DNA of 46,460 nucleotides from Gammaproteobacteria bacterium (GCA_027030565.1 JALVEU010000023.1:1-46460), one strand, 5' to 3'. Positions 8,142 through 18,223 are shown, counted from the first letter of the stretch. Numbers and translations: made by a program. The notes: a model not told the origin generated them from the sequence alone.

Positions 8142-8545
8142 GCCTTTTCCACGAAACGGCGGATCTTCGCTTCGGCCTGGGCCCCGAGCAGGACGGCCTC
8201 GATGCGTGCCCGACGCAGCCGAACCAGGGTGGGTGTATCCACCACACGCAGGGCGCGCGCGACCTCGGGGCGTTGCTGCACGTCCACCATCAGGATGGGG
8301 TGTCCGGATGCGCGCAGGCGCTCGATGAGCGGTGTGAGGGCCCGACAATGCGCGCAGTGTGGACTGTGGAAATAGATCACCAAGGTCTCGTGTTGAAGGG
8401 CCTCCGGCAGCACCCGGTCGAGGTCGGGGACCGGGTGCCTGCGCATCCACCACGTCTGCAGGCGCGTGACGAGCGCCGAAAGGAGCAGGGCGGCGGCAAA
8501 CGCCGCTGCCATCCAGCCGAACGCCGCTGCCGGGGCGTTCACCAC
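8138..8545 (-). CDS. membrane-anchored thioredoxin-fold protein (CxxC = CAHC)
   Basis: N-terminal hydrophobic helix AAAFGWMAAAFAAALLLSALV, then LVIYFHSPHCAHCRALTP...VDTPTLV, the thioredoxin pattern. Start could be GTG 8545 or ATG 8512. Confidence 0.7.
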   Translation of the reverse strand: MVNAPAAAFGWMAAAFAAALLLSALVTRLQTWWMRRHPVPDLDRVLPEALQHETLVIYFHSPHCAHCRALTPLIERLRASGHPILMVDVQQRPEVARALRVVDTPTLVRLRRARIEAVLLGAQAEAKIRRFVEKA

Positions 8546-9237
8546 GGCATGGGGACACCGTCGTAGCGGAAGAACTGCCCGGACCAGGCCGGTGTGAAGC
8601 GCTCCACCAAGCGCCGCATGCCAGCCACACTCTCCTCGGGCGTGATGGGCGCCTGATCGCCCCCCATGCGCGTGCGTACCCAGCCCGGATGCAGGATCAG
8701 CACGCCGGTCGATCTGGCCGCCAGCTCATGGGCAAGGCCGCGCATCGCGGCGTTGAGGGCGGCCTTGCTGGAACGATAGGCGTAATCGCGGGGTTGGGTG
8801 ATGTCGGTGATGGAGCCCATGTGGCTGGAGATGGCGACCACGAGCCGCCGCTCCGAGGCCGCCACCTGTTCCACCAGCGCCTCGGTGACACGCACCGGGC
8901 CCAGAGTATTGACCCGGAAGGTCTCTTCCCACGCCCCGTAGTCGATGGCACCCAGCGCATCGCGACCCCAGCGCTCGAAATAGACGCCGGCATTGTTCAC
9001 CAGCACGTCGATGGGCGTCCCGGCCAAGGCGGCGGCCACCGCCGCGATGTGCTCGGGGCGGGTGACGTCCAGTCGATGGACGTGTACGGACGGATGTGCC
9101 GAGGCCAGCTCCCGCAGCGCCGCGGCCCTCTCGGGATACCGGCAGGTGGCGTGCACCGTCCATCCCGCTGCGGCGTACTGGCGAACCCACTCCAAGCCGA
9201 GTCCGCGGTTGCTGCCGGTGATCAGTGCACTGGGCAT
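8539..9237 (-). CDS. SDR family oxidoreductase
   Basis: ALITGSNRGLGLE (TGxxxGxG), NNAG, YRSSKAALN (YxxxK). Confidence 0.9.
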   Translation of the reverse strand: MPSALITGSNRGLGLEWVRQYAAAGWTVHATCRYPERAAALRELASAHPSVHVHRLDVTRPEHIAAVAAALAGTPIDVLVNNAGVYFERWGRDALGAIDYGAWEETFRVNTLGPVRVTEALVEQVAASERRLVVAISSHMGSITDITQPRDYAYRSSKAALNAAMRGLAHELAARSTGVLILHPGWVRTRMGGDQAPITPEESVAGMRRLVERFTPAWSGQFFRYDGVPMPW

Positions 9238-9255
9238 ACTGCAGCGTACCCCGTT

Positions 9256-10983
9256 TCAGCCCATGGTGCGAGCCAGCAGCGGACGCAGTTCAGCCAGGGG
9301 GCGCGCATTGAGCACGTCGGCGGCCTCCAGCCAGCCGCGCCGTGCCTGGGCGATGCCGTGCACGCGCAGGTCCAGGTCCGCGGGACTGTGGGCATCGGTG
9401 TCGATGGCGACCAGCACCCCTGCCTCGCGGGCCTTCATGCAGGCCAGATCGTCCAGATCCAGCCGCAGCGGCTGGCTGTTCAGTTCCAGGTAACAGCCCC
9501 GCTGCGCCGCATGGGCGATGACCCGGTCCAGGTCGACGTCGTACGGGGGGCGCTGCTGGATGAGGCGTCCGGTGGGATGCGCGAGCAGGGTGAAGTATCG
9601 GTGGTCCATGGCGCGCAGGATGCGGTCGGTCTGCTTGGCACGGGGCAAGTCGAACTTCCCGTGCACCGCGCCCACCACGAGGTCCAGCTCCGCGAGCACG
9701 TCGTCGGGGAGATCCAGGGAACCGTCTTCCAGGATGTCGCATTCGATCCCCTTGAGCAGGGTGAAACCATCGAGCCGCTCGTTGAGTCGGTCGATGGCCT
9801 CGATCTGGCGACGCAGTGCCTCCGGCCCCAGCCCACCGACCATGGTCAGGCGCTGGGAGTGATCGGTGATGGCGAGATACTCCAGGCCCCGGGCCTGGGC
9901 CGCACGGGCCATCTCCTCGAGGCTCGCTCGTCCATCCGTGGCGTTGGTGTGGCAGTGGAGCTCGCCGCGGATGTCGGAAGGCTCCACCAGCTTCGGGAGC
10001 CGGCCCTGGGCTGCGGCATCGATCTCGCCGCGGGCCTCGCGCAGCTCCGGCGGGATCCAGGGCAGACCCACGGAGGCGTAGACCGATTCTTCCGTGCGTC
10101 CGGCCACGCGGCGCTCGTCACGGAACACGCCGTACTCGTTGATCTTGAGCCCCTGGTCCTGGGCCAGCCGGCGCAGTTGGATGGAGTGGGCCTTGGACCC
10201 GGTGAAGTACTGCAGGGCCGAGCCGAAACTCTCTTCCCGGACCCGGCGCAGGTCCACTTGCAGTCCACAGCGCAGCACCACGGTGGCTCGCGTGGGGCCC
10301 TGCGAGACCACTTCGGCCACTTCTTCGTAGCGGGTGAAACGCCGCATGACGTCCGAGTGGTCCGGGGCCACTGTAAGGATGTCGAGATCGCCCACCGTAT
10401 CCCGCCCACGCCGGTAGGAGCCGGCGATCACCACCTCGCGCACCCCGCGGCCGCCGCGTAGCCACGCGGCCAGCGGCTCCCCGTACTCGGCCGCCACGGC
10501 GCGCAGGAAACGGCGCTTTTTCTTGCGGTGCTCTTCGATGGCCGTGAGGACCTTCTGTTCGGTCTTGGGCCCGAAACCGGGCAGGTCCCGCAGGCGACCG
10601 TCGCGAGCGGCGGCCTCGAGGCCGTCCAGATCGGTGATCCCCAGTTCGTGCCAGAGGGTGCGGATCCGCACAGGTCCCAGGCCCGGAATGCGCAGCAGTT
10701 CCTCCAGGCTCGGCGGGATCTCGCGGCGCAGCTTCTCCATCGCTTGGGTGGTGCCGGTGCGCACGAGCTCGGCGATCTTGGTGGCGAGGGCCTCGCCGAT
10801 GTCGGGGTAGCGAGTGAGGTCCTCACCCTCGGCCAGCAGTTCGGCCGCGCTGCGCGGCAGCGCCCGGACCGCGCGGGCCCCGTTGCGGTAGGCACGCACA
10901 CGGAAGGGGTTGTCTCCCCTGATCTCGAGCAGATCGGCGATTTCCTCGAAGTGTGCCGCGATGTCCTCGTTGTGTATGGGCAT
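9256..10983 (-). CDS. polX: DNA polymerase/3'-5' exonuclease PolX (Pol beta-like domain + PHP domain)
   Basis: MPIHNEDIAAHFEEIADLLEIRGDNPFRVRAYRNGARA, HhH repeats, GSYRRGRDTVGDLDIL catalytic aspartates, then PHP domain ELHCHTNATDG...ITDHS...DTDAH. ATG 10983 lies inside the longer track ORF. Confidence 0.92.
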   Translation of the reverse strand: MPIHNEDIAAHFEEIADLLEIRGDNPFRVRAYRNGARAVRALPRSAAELLAEGEDLTRYPDIGEALATKIAELVRTGTTQAMEKLRREIPPSLEELLRIPGLGPVRIRTLWHELGITDLDGLEAAARDGRLRDLPGFGPKTEQKVLTAIEEHRKKKRRFLRAVAAEYGEPLAAWLRGGRGVREVVIAGSYRRGRDTVGDLDILTVAPDHSDVMRRFTRYEEVAEVVSQGPTRATVVLRCGLQVDLRRVREESFGSALQYFTGSKAHSIQLRRLAQDQGLKINEYGVFRDERRVAGRTEESVYASVGLPWIPPELREARGEIDAAAQGRLPKLVEPSDIRGELHCHTNATDGRASLEEMARAAQARGLEYLAITDHSQRLTMVGGLGPEALRRQIEAIDRLNERLDGFTLLKGIECDILEDGSLDLPDDVLAELDLVVGAVHGKFDLPRAKQTDRILRAMDHRYFTLLAHPTGRLIQQRPPYDVDLDRVIAHAAQRGCYLELNSQPLRLDLDDLACMKAREAGVLVAIDTDAHSPADLDLRVHGIAQARRGWLEAADVLNARPLAELRPLLARTMG

Positions 10984-11459
10984 CAGCCGGTGGTGGGTTT
11001 GAAGACCATGAAATACAGGTTGGCCAGCGGCAGTGCCACGGCGACCGCTCCGAAGACATACCAGATGCGCGCGAGTCCCCAGTAACGTTCCGGGATGGCT
11101 CCGCCCAGCTGGAACCGGCGTGCCATCTGCGCCTGCATCACCTGGACCGGGATCAGTACGAGGCCCCACAGGAGCACCGAGGCCAGGAACAGGTACCAGC
11201 CCATGCGGATCCAGTACACCTCGGTGACCCCTCCCTGACTCTGGCCCATGGTCCAGCCGGTGGCCACCAGCAGCCCGGCACCCACGGAGGTGAACGCGAA
11301 GTCGGTGACCGTCACCATACGCTGGGCGTAGGCGATGATCCCGGCCGCGCGCGAGCGGTCGGCCATCAGCTTCCACAACGCCGTGACCATGATGTTGCCC
11401 ACGAAGAGCATGGCGCCCAGGATGTGAAGGGACTTGAGCAGTAGGTAGTGGTCCGCCAT
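10983..11459 (-). CDS. DUF2269-like integral membrane protein
   Basis: MADHYLLLKSLHILGAMLFVGNIMVTALWK... with four hydrophobic helices. Stop and polX start share TGATG. Start lies 4 nt after the tmcA stop. Confidence 0.65.
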   Translation of the reverse strand: MADHYLLLKSLHILGAMLFVGNIMVTALWKLMADRSRAAGIIAYAQRMVTVTDFAFTSVGAGLLVATGWTMGQSQGGVTEVYWIRMGWYLFLASVLLWGLVLIPVQVMQAQMARRFQLGGAIPERYWGLARIWYVFGAVAVALPLANLYFMVFKPTTG

Positions 11460-11463
11460 CGTT

Positions 11464-13683
11464 TCAAGGGCCGTTGGAACTCGAGTTCCCATTGTCGCCC
11501 AATTCACCGGAGGCGCGAAGCGCCCGGATCAAGCGGCCCGCCGTCTCCCGCAGCGAGTGCTCCAGGGCTGGACGGCCGGGCAGGCCGCTGCGGCGGGCCA
11601 CTTCCGTCCAGTCCAGCCGCTGGTGGACCTTGGCGACCCAGATGCCCAATGGCTGGGGTTCCAGTGCCACCCCGCGCCCCAGACCCAGGAGGCCGAGCCG
11701 CCACAGGGTGGCCAGGTTCACCTCGTAGCCCCGGCGCCCGAAGGCAAAAGACGCCGCATCCGCCAGGTCCGCCGCGTCGAGCCGCACCGGAGGTCGTTCC
11801 GCAGGATCGCGGCAGAGGAGCAAGGCCACCAGCTCGGGCTCCAGATCGCGTAGCGGATCGCCGAGCTGGTGGGGGAAGAGGTCCAGGAACCGAGTGCGGG
11901 CCTCCTCTGCCAGCCGCCGTCCCGCTTCGGTGTACGGCTTGAGCAGTACCGCCGAATGCTCGCCGCTGGCCGCATCCCGGTGGATTCCCATGCGCACCGG
12001 GCGCAGGCCCAGCCGGGTCCAGAAGCGCAACAGCTCGGCGGTGGCCCCGAAAGCGGTGCCGAGGTAGTCGCAGGGTCCTTTGCGCACCTGCCCCTCGATG
12101 TGCCGCACCAGGGCGGAACCGATTCCGCGTCCCTGGAGATCGGGGTGTACGGCGATACGCAGGATCCGTTCGCATTGCAAAGTGGGGGCCCAGGGGATTC
12201 CCGCATGGGCGGCCAGGGTCTCGGGCAGGAGGTGCCCGTGTGGTCGTCGGTCCCGGGTGTAGATCTCGTGCGCCGTGTCGGCGTCGAAACCGCCTTCTCG
12301 GGCCGTCAAGGCACAGGCGGCCACGTGTCCCGTGTGCAGCGCGGCCCAGACGCGGATGTTGATGCCGTCGAGCAGATGCCGCAAGTCCGTGGGCCGCGTC
12401 CGATAATGGGCGTGGACCAGCAGTCCAAACAGCTCGCGTAGCCGGGGTTCGTCCTCGGCCAGCCGATCGCGGTCCAGCTGCTCGAACCGCAGTGCATCGG
12501 GTGCTGCACCGGCCAAGGCCATGGTCGGCGCCGGTGCAGCGTCCAACAACAGGGCCTGGAAGACGAAGTCTTCCAACGGGTCGCCGGGTGCCCAGCGGAT
12601 GGGGTGTTCCAGGCGCACCTCGCGCCAGCCCCGCGTGCGCACGTCCAGGACGCGTCGGAAGCGCAGGGTGAAGCCGCGCCCGCTGCCCTCGTAGCCGTGC
12701 TCCGTGGTGGCGAAGACGATCCTCGGGTGGCGCTGCAGGAGTCGCGTCAACAAGGGGGTGGGGATGGCGGCGGCCTCGTCCACCAGCACCAGGCGCGGGC
12801 GCTCTCTGGATCGCTCCAGGAGGTCTGGCGGCACGAAGCGGAAGCGATGGGCACCGAAGTGCAGCGCAGTGCGGTGATGTCCCGGCTGGCCCAGCAGTCG
12901 GCTCCCGAGATGGAAGGCGGGTTCCACGGCACCAACCTGGGGGGCGGTGATGACGATCTCCCCATAGTCTGCCTTGAGTAGTTCCGCAGCGGCGATCCCC
13001 AGGGCCCCGGTCTTGCCCCGGCCGCGGTGGGCGGTGATCACCACCGGGCGCCGCCGGTGGCCCAGCGCCACCTTGCGTATCGCTTGCACGGCCCGTGCCT
13101 GGTCGGGGGTGCGGCAGGGCCCGCCCCCTCCTCGGGGTGCCGTCGGGGCCACGGCGAGTTCCGCGACCGCCTCGCTCAGGACGGCTTGGAGATCGCTGTC
13201 AGGTGTGACGACGCGAATCCCGTCGTGGGTTCGTACCAGGCGGGCGAAGCGGCGCAGGAAGCGCCCGGTGACGGCATCCGCTCCATAGGGATGGACGGCG
13301 ATCCGCGCGTGGTCGGGGTCGGCGTAGTCCGGCCACTCGGCGAGCGGGGGACAGAGCAGCAGGAACAACCCGCCGCCCGCCAAGGTCCCGGTCGCGGCCC
13401 CCAGGGCGTCAGCGTCCAGACCCGCCCAGGCATCGAAGACCAGTGCCTGGGTCTCCTGCCCGAGCCATCCCCGGGCGGCAGCTGCGCGAACGAGCGTACC
13501 TGCCGGAAGCTGCTGGTCGGTGATCCACAGGGTGCGCGCGGCGTCCTCCTGCAGGAGGGATCTTGCGAGGGCGAGGCCCCAGGGGCGTGGGCCGGCCAGG
13601 GCGAACGCCGGCCGCCGTGCGGAACGCGCGGCTTCGACACGGAGTCTCTGGAGGCATGTGTAGAGGCGAGGGTTCGGTGGCAT
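11464..13683 (-). CDS. tmcA: tRNA(Met) cytidine acetyltransferase TmcA
   Basis: VVITAHRGRGKTGALG (Walker A), LVLVDEAAAIPTPLL, TTEHGYEGSGRGFTLRF, and GNAT motif RIAVHPDLQGRGIGSAL. These match the E. coli TmcA architecture. Start could be ATG 13683 or the upstream 13779. Confidence 0.88.
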   Translation of the reverse strand: MPPNPRLYTCLQRLRVEAARSARRPAFALAGPRPWGLALARSLLQEDAARTLWITDQQLPAGTLVRAAAARGWLGQETQALVFDAWAGLDADALGAATGTLAGGGLFLLLCPPLAEWPDYADPDHARIAVHPYGADAVTGRFLRRFARLVRTHDGIRVVTPDSDLQAVLSEAVAELAVAPTAPRGGGGPCRTPDQARAVQAIRKVALGHRRRPVVITAHRGRGKTGALGIAAAELLKADYGEIVITAPQVGAVEPAFHLGSRLLGQPGHHRTALHFGAHRFRFVPPDLLERSRERPRLVLVDEAAAIPTPLLTRLLQRHPRIVFATTEHGYEGSGRGFTLRFRRVLDVRTRGWREVRLEHPIRWAPGDPLEDFVFQALLLDAAPAPTMALAGAAPDALRFEQLDRDRLAEDEPRLRELFGLLVHAHYRTRPTDLRHLLDGINIRVWAALHTGHVAACALTAREGGFDADTAHEIYTRDRRPHGHLLPETLAAHAGIPWAPTLQCERILRIAVHPDLQGRGIGSALVRHIEGQVRKGPCDYLGTAFGATAELLRFWTRLGLRPVRMGIHRDAASGEHSAVLLKPYTEAGRRLAEEARTRFLDLFPHQLGDPLRDLEPELVALLLCRDPAERPPVRLDAADLADAASFAFGRRGYEVNLATLWRLGLLGLGRGVALEPQPLGIWVAKVHQRLDWTEVARRSGLPGRPALEHSLRETAGRLIRALRASGELGDNGNSSSNGP

Positions 13684-13817
13684 GTGCGGACTGCGATCGC
13701 TCGTCGGGCGCTTCGGCTGGTCCTGGCTCCGGTGTTCGGTGGAGTGAGAAACCCTTCTCGCCGGAGACAGGGCGGGCACGATATCCTATCTCGGCTTCCT
13801 TCCTGCCGAGCTTCTCT

Positions 13818-14900
13818 ATGGCTTCTGACGCTCCGGCGCGGGTCACGTTCGTTGCGCTGCGCCACCGCCACCACGCGGCCCGTTCCGGGTACGGGTTGCT
13901 CCCGGAGTACATCGAGGGGACGGTGATCGACGCCCGCGGCACTCGAGGAATGCTGCACCGGGCCGCACGTAAGATGCTGAGACCGGTCGCCCAGCGTTCG
14001 GGGAACCGCTGGTTCCACGCCGCACAGGCGTGGGCCGAGGTGCGCGCCGCGCGCCGCTGGCTCCGGGTCTCGGGGGAGGTGTTCCACGTCCTGTACGGAG
14101 AGAACTCCTACCGGTATCTGGGGCACGTGAAGCGGGTGCACACCCGCAACCGCCTGCTCGCCAGCTACCATACGCCCGAAACCCGGTTCCGTGAGGTGGT
14201 CTCGGATCCCAGGCATTTGCAGCGCCTGGACGGCGTCATCGTGTTCACGCAGTCGGAGGCAGATTTCTTTGCGGGCCATCTGCCGCGAGACCGGATCTTC
14301 GTGGTGCCGCACGGGGTGGACGTGGAGCACTTCCGCCCCGCCCCGCGGAACCGAAGCGCAGATGCACCCCTGCGCTGCCTGTTCGTGGGCCAGCATCTGC
14401 GGGACTTCGAGGTGCTGGTCGGGGCCATGCGGTTGGCACGTGATGCATTGGGGGCTGGGGTGACGTTCGACCTCGTCCTGCCCCGCCACGCCTGGTCCAG
14501 GCTGGATCCCGTGGGTGAGGGGGTACGCCTCCAGTCCGGCGTTTCCGACGAGGCACTGCTCAGGCTCTATCAGCGCTCAGACCTGTTCCTGTTTCCGCTG
14601 CTGGATGCCACGGGCAACTGCGCGTTGAAGGAGGCCATGGCCTGCGGCCTGCCCGTCGTCGTGACGGACTTGCCGGCCACCCGGGAATACGTGGATGCAG
14701 CTGCCGGGGTGTTCGTACCGCGTTCGGATGTGGAGGCGTTTGCGCAGGCGATCATCGGACTGGCCCGGGACCGTGAACGCTTGGGCCGCATGCGCCTCGA
14801 CGCCAGACGCTGTGCCGAACGGTTTTCTATGGAGCGGGTCGCAGCACAGACCCGGGCTGTCTACGAGCGCGTTTTGGCATTGCCTCCGTGGCGACCGTGA
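13818..14900 (+). CDS. glycosyltransferase, GT4 (GT-B fold) family
   Basis: C-terminal ...LFLFPLLDATGNCALKEAMACGLPVVVTD..., typical of the GT4 donor-binding domain. ATG 13818 lies within the longer track ORF. Confidence 0.8.
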   Translation: MASDAPARVTFVALRHRHHAARSGYGLLPEYIEGTVIDARGTRGMLHRAARKMLRPVAQRSGNRWFHAAQAWAEVRAARRWLRVSGEVFHVLYGENSYRYLGHVKRVHTRNRLLASYHTPETRFREVVSDPRHLQRLDGVIVFTQSEADFFAGHLPRDRIFVVPHGVDVEHFRPAPRNRSADAPLRCLFVGQHLRDFEVLVGAMRLARDALGAGVTFDLVLPRHAWSRLDPVGEGVRLQSGVSDEALLRLYQRSDLFLFPLLDATGNCALKEAMACGLPVVVTDLPATREYVDAAAGVFVPRSDVEAFAQAIIGLARDRERLGRMRLDARRCAERFSMERVAAQTRAVYERVLALPPWRP

Positions 14901-14921
14901 CATCGGCCCTCGAACCCGACC

Positions 14922-16079
14922 ATGCGCATTCTGAGTGTATCTCCAGTCCCGACGCACCCCACCACGGCTGGTAATCGTGCACGCGTGCGTGCGGTGGCCG
15001 AGATGCTGGAACAGCTCGGCCATGAAGTGCATCTGCTCTGGTGTGGGACACAGGGAGAGGCGCTGCCCGTGATGCATGAGGTATGGGGTGAGCGGCTCGT
15101 CTGCGGTCCGTCGTTGAAGCGAGGGAGCCGATGGGGTCGAATGCGTCGCCGCTGGCTGGGGCGGTTGCGGACGGACTGGGCGTACACGTACGGCATCGAC
15201 GAGTGGTGCCCCCGTGGCCTGGAGGATCAGGTGCGCTCCCTCGCACGCCGACTGGGAGTCGGGGCCGTGCTGGTCAACTACGTGTTTCTTTCGCGGGCAC
15301 TGGTCGGCCTGCCCTCCGACATGTTCAAGCTCATCGATACGCACAATGTGTTCGCCCTGCGCCACCGCGCGTTCCTCCGTCATGGTGAGCGGCCCAGCTG
15401 GTATTCCACCACGCGTAGGGGGGAGCGGCACGGCTTGGACCGTGCTGACGTGATACTGGCGATCGAGAGCGAAGGTGCGGACCATTTCCGGGGCCTGACG
15501 CGCACACCGGTGGTGACCGTGGGGCATCGGATTTCACCAGTGTGCCCTCCGGGACCAGAGGCGCGAACGGGGGACTTGCTCTTCGTTGGTTCGGACAATC
15601 CGCAGAATCGACATGGCCTGCAGTTTTTCCTCGACGAGGTCTGGTCACGGATCCGTGGGGCCGTGCCTGGAGTGCGGTTCAGAATCGTCGGGGCCATCGC
15701 TTCTGCCGTGGACGCCCGGGAAGGGGTCGTGTCCGTGGGCCGGGTGCCCGACTTGGGAGAGGTGTACCGCCAGGCGGCGGTGGTGGTCAATCCGGTACGC
15801 TTCAACACGGGCTTGAGCATCAAGAACCTGGAGGCGCTGGGATACGCCAGGCCTCTGGTGACCGCCGCGGTGGGTGCGCGCGGGCTGGAACGGGCGGCGG
15901 GGCGGGCCTTCCGGGTGGCCGAGGATGCACGCTCGTTCGCAGACGAGGTGGTGGCCCTGCTACAGGATCCGGACCGCAGGAGTGGACTCGCTGCTGAAGC
16001 GCACGCGTTCGCATGCTCCTGGAACGCCGAGGTGCTTCAGCAGTTGCATGCGGCGCTGGCCATGGCGTTGCCCGCATAG
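14922..16079 (+). CDS. glycosyltransferase, GT4-like
   Basis: MRILSVSPVPTHPTTAGNRARV... N-terminal GT-B pattern. C-terminal VVVNPVRFNTGLSIKNLEALGYARPLVT. Confidence 0.72.
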   Translation: MRILSVSPVPTHPTTAGNRARVRAVAEMLEQLGHEVHLLWCGTQGEALPVMHEVWGERLVCGPSLKRGSRWGRMRRRWLGRLRTDWAYTYGIDEWCPRGLEDQVRSLARRLGVGAVLVNYVFLSRALVGLPSDMFKLIDTHNVFALRHRAFLRHGERPSWYSTTRRGERHGLDRADVILAIESEGADHFRGLTRTPVVTVGHRISPVCPPGPEARTGDLLFVGSDNPQNRHGLQFFLDEVWSRIRGAVPGVRFRIVGAIASAVDAREGVVSVGRVPDLGEVYRQAAVVVNPVRFNTGLSIKNLEALGYARPLVTAAVGARGLERAAGRAFRVAEDARSFADEVVALLQDPDRRSGLAAEAHAFACSWNAEVLQQLHAALAMALPA

Positions 16080-16157
16080 CAGGATGCGAGCACCGTGAAT
16101 GCTTGCACCGACACCGCTCGATCCCTAGGGTGCCGGGCGGGGCGCGGTGAACGAGAC

Positions 16158-17504
16158 ATGGCATCCAGACGGGACATGAACGAGTTGTACGGATCCGAGC
16201 GGCGCATCGGCATCGTCAGCCTGGGCTGTGCCAAGGCCCTGGTGGATTCCGAGCGGATCTTGTCGTGGTTGCGTGCCGAGGGCTACACGATCGTCGGGCG
16301 TTACGACGAGGCCGATTTGGTGATCGTGAACACCTGTGGCTTCATCGACGCAGCTCGGGCCGAGTCGCTGGAGGCCATCGGGGAGGCATTGGAAGTCAAC
16401 GGCCGGGTGATCGTGACGGGCTGTCTGGGTGCCGAGCGGGAACTGATCCTGGAGCATTATCCACAGGTGCTGACGGTGACCGGTGCCCATGCCTACGCGC
16501 AGGTGGTGGAGGCCGTAAGGACACACCTGCCGCGCGGGCACGATCCGCACATCGACCTGCTGCCCGAAGCCGCGGTGCGTCTCACGCCGCCCCACTATGC
16601 CTACCTGAAGATCGCCGAGGGCTGCAATCAGCGTTGTAGTTTCTGCATCATTCCGCGTCTGCGCGGGCCGTTGAGCAGCCGGCCGGTAGGGGAGGTGATG
16701 GCCGAGGCCGAGCGCCTGGTGGCCGAGGGGGTGCAGGAGCTCCTGGTGATCTCCCAGGACACCGCCGCCTACGGCGTGGATCTGCGGTATCGCACCGGTT
16801 TCTGGTCCGGGAGGCCCCTCAAGGCCCGGATCACCGATCTCGCCCGTGCGCTCGGCAGCCTCGGGGTGTGGGTCCGGCTGCACTACGTCTACCCGTATCC
16901 CCACGTGGACGCACTGGTGGAGCTCATGGCCGAGGGCAGGCTGCTGCCCTATCTCGATGTTCCCTTTCAGCATGCGAGCCCACGCATCCTGCGGGCCATG
17001 CGCAGGCCGGCGTCGGTGGAAGACATGCTCGGGCGCATCCGGACCTGGCGGGAAGTCTGTCCCGAGCTGGCGCTGCGCAGCACCTTCATCGTGGGCTTCC
17101 CCGGGGAGACCGAGGCGGACTTTGCCCAGTTGCTCGACTTCGTCGAGGCGGCCGGGATCGATCGTGTGGGGGCCTTCAAGTACTCGCCGGTGGCGGGCGC
17201 AGCGGCCAATGCGCTCCCCGATCCAGTGCCGGAAGAGGTGAAGGAGGACCGTTACGAGCGCCTCATGCAGGTGGCCGCGCGCGTCAGCGCCGCGCGGCTC
17301 CAGCGCCACATCGGCGCCCAGGTGGACGTCCTGATCGACGGCATGGAGGACGGCGTGCCGTATGGACGCACCCCCTGGGATGCCCCGGATGTGGACGGGC
17401 GGGTCCTGTTGTCGGGAGCCGAGGGACTCGGACCCGGTACGCGGGTCCGAGCACGCATCATCGCCGCCGATACCTACGACCTGAGGGGGGAGGTCCTGGG
17501 TTGA
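16158..17504 (+). CDS. rimO: ribosomal protein S12 methylthiotransferase RimO
   Basis: [28 protein letters not shown]...[10 protein letters not shown] aligns with E. coli RimO. Radical-SAM CNQRCSFC and a TRAM domain at the C-terminus. Start could be 16158 or 16176. Confidence 0.93.
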   Translation: MASRRDMNELYGSERRIGIVSLGCAKALVDSERILSWLRAEGYTIVGRYDEADLVIVNTCGFIDAARAESLEAIGEALEVNGRVIVTGCLGAERELILEHYPQVLTVTGAHAYAQVVEAVRTHLPRGHDPHIDLLPEAAVRLTPPHYAYLKIAEGCNQRCSFCIIPRLRGPLSSRPVGEVMAEAERLVAEGVQELLVISQDTAAYGVDLRYRTGFWSGRPLKARITDLARALGSLGVWVRLHYVYPYPHVDALVELMAEGRLLPYLDVPFQHASPRILRAMRRPASVEDMLGRIRTWREVCPELALRSTFIVGFPGETEADFAQLLDFVEAAGIDRVGAFKYSPVAGAAANALPDPVPEEVKEDRYERLMQVAARVSAARLQRHIGAQVDVLIDGMEDGVPYGRTPWDAPDVDGRVLLSGAEGLGPGTRVRARIIAADTYDLRGEVLG

Positions 17505-17546
17505 GCGGCAAGGAGGGAGCCCCCTGTTTTCGTCCGCGTCCAGGCC

Positions 17547-17648
17547 TCAGCGCTTGGGCTTTTTCTTACGGGTTTTGTGCGGCCGGGTGTTGCCGTAGCT
17601 GCCTGCACGGATCTTGCCGCGCCGGGTACGCATGTCGCCTGCGCCCAT
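17547..17648 (-). CDS. 30S ribosomal protein THX (bTHX), 33 aa
   Basis: MGAGDMRTRRGKIRAGSYGNTRPHKTRKKKPKR aligns closely with Thermus THX ([26 protein letters not shown]). GGGAGGA lies immediately upstream. The track shows a longer 72-aa ORF. Confidence 0.8.
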   Translation of the reverse strand: MGAGDMRTRRGKIRAGSYGNTRPHKTRKKKPKR

Positions 17649-17715
17649 GAGGTCCTCCCGTAGAGTCCGTAATGGAGCCGGACCGATGATCGGAAACGAC
17701 CAACGGTGAATCGAA

Positions 17716-18222
17716 GTGGCGCAAAAGCATAGTGCCATGGCCGAAGAGGGCGCAAGCGGTGGCACGGCACCGGTCCGTTCGGCCGGGGTGGTGGTGATTC
17801 GCTGGACGAGCGACGGCTGCCGGTACCTGTTGCTGCGTGCCTATCGCTATTGGGATTTTCCCAAGGGTGAGCTGGAGCCAGGGGAAGATCCCCTGGAAGC
17901 GGCCCGGCGGGAGGTGCAGGAGGAGACGGGGATCGACGATCTCGATTTTCGATGGGGTGCAGTCCATCAGGACACGCCACCCTATGGAAGGGGCAAGATC
18001 GCCCGCTACTATCTGGCCGTCACCGGCCGGGAGCAGGTGACCCTGGGCGTGAACCCGGAACTGGGCCGGCCCGAGCATCACGAGTACCGCTGGCTGGACT
18101 ATGCGAGCGCACGTCGGCTGCTGGTGCCGCGTGTGCAGCACATCCTGGACTGGGCCCACCATGAAAGCGGCTGTGACCGGGCCGCCGGAACGGCCGTTCG
18201 CAGCGACACGGAGGTGCGCTGA
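17716..18222 (+). CDS. NUDIX hydrolase (Ap4A-hydrolase-like subfamily)
   Basis: Nudix box GELEPGEDPLEAARREVQEETGI preceded by YWDFPKG. Start could be GTG 17716 or ATG 17737. Confidence 0.85.
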   Translation: MAQKHSAMAEEGASGGTAPVRSAGVVVIRWTSDGCRYLLLRAYRYWDFPKGELEPGEDPLEAARREVQEETGIDDLDFRWGAVHQDTPPYGRGKIARYYLAVTGREQVTLGVNPELGRPEHHEYRWLDYASARRLLVPRVQHILDWAHHESGCDRAAGTAVRSDTEVR

Positions 18223-18223
18223 G

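Noticed and set aside
8689-10461. 590-aa plus-strand ORF
   Set aside because: It is antisense to the SDR and PolX genes, and its translation is not protein-like. The same reasoning applies to other long shadow ORFs (3989..5218 -, 5768..6892 -, 16125..17309 -, 20687..22333 +, 38650..40191 +, 43265..44314 -).
14434-14449. TGGCAC...GCAT resembling a sigma-54 -24/-12 element
   Set aside because: The GG-to-GC spacing is two nt too short. The motif also lies inside a glycosyltransferase coding region with no downstream start.
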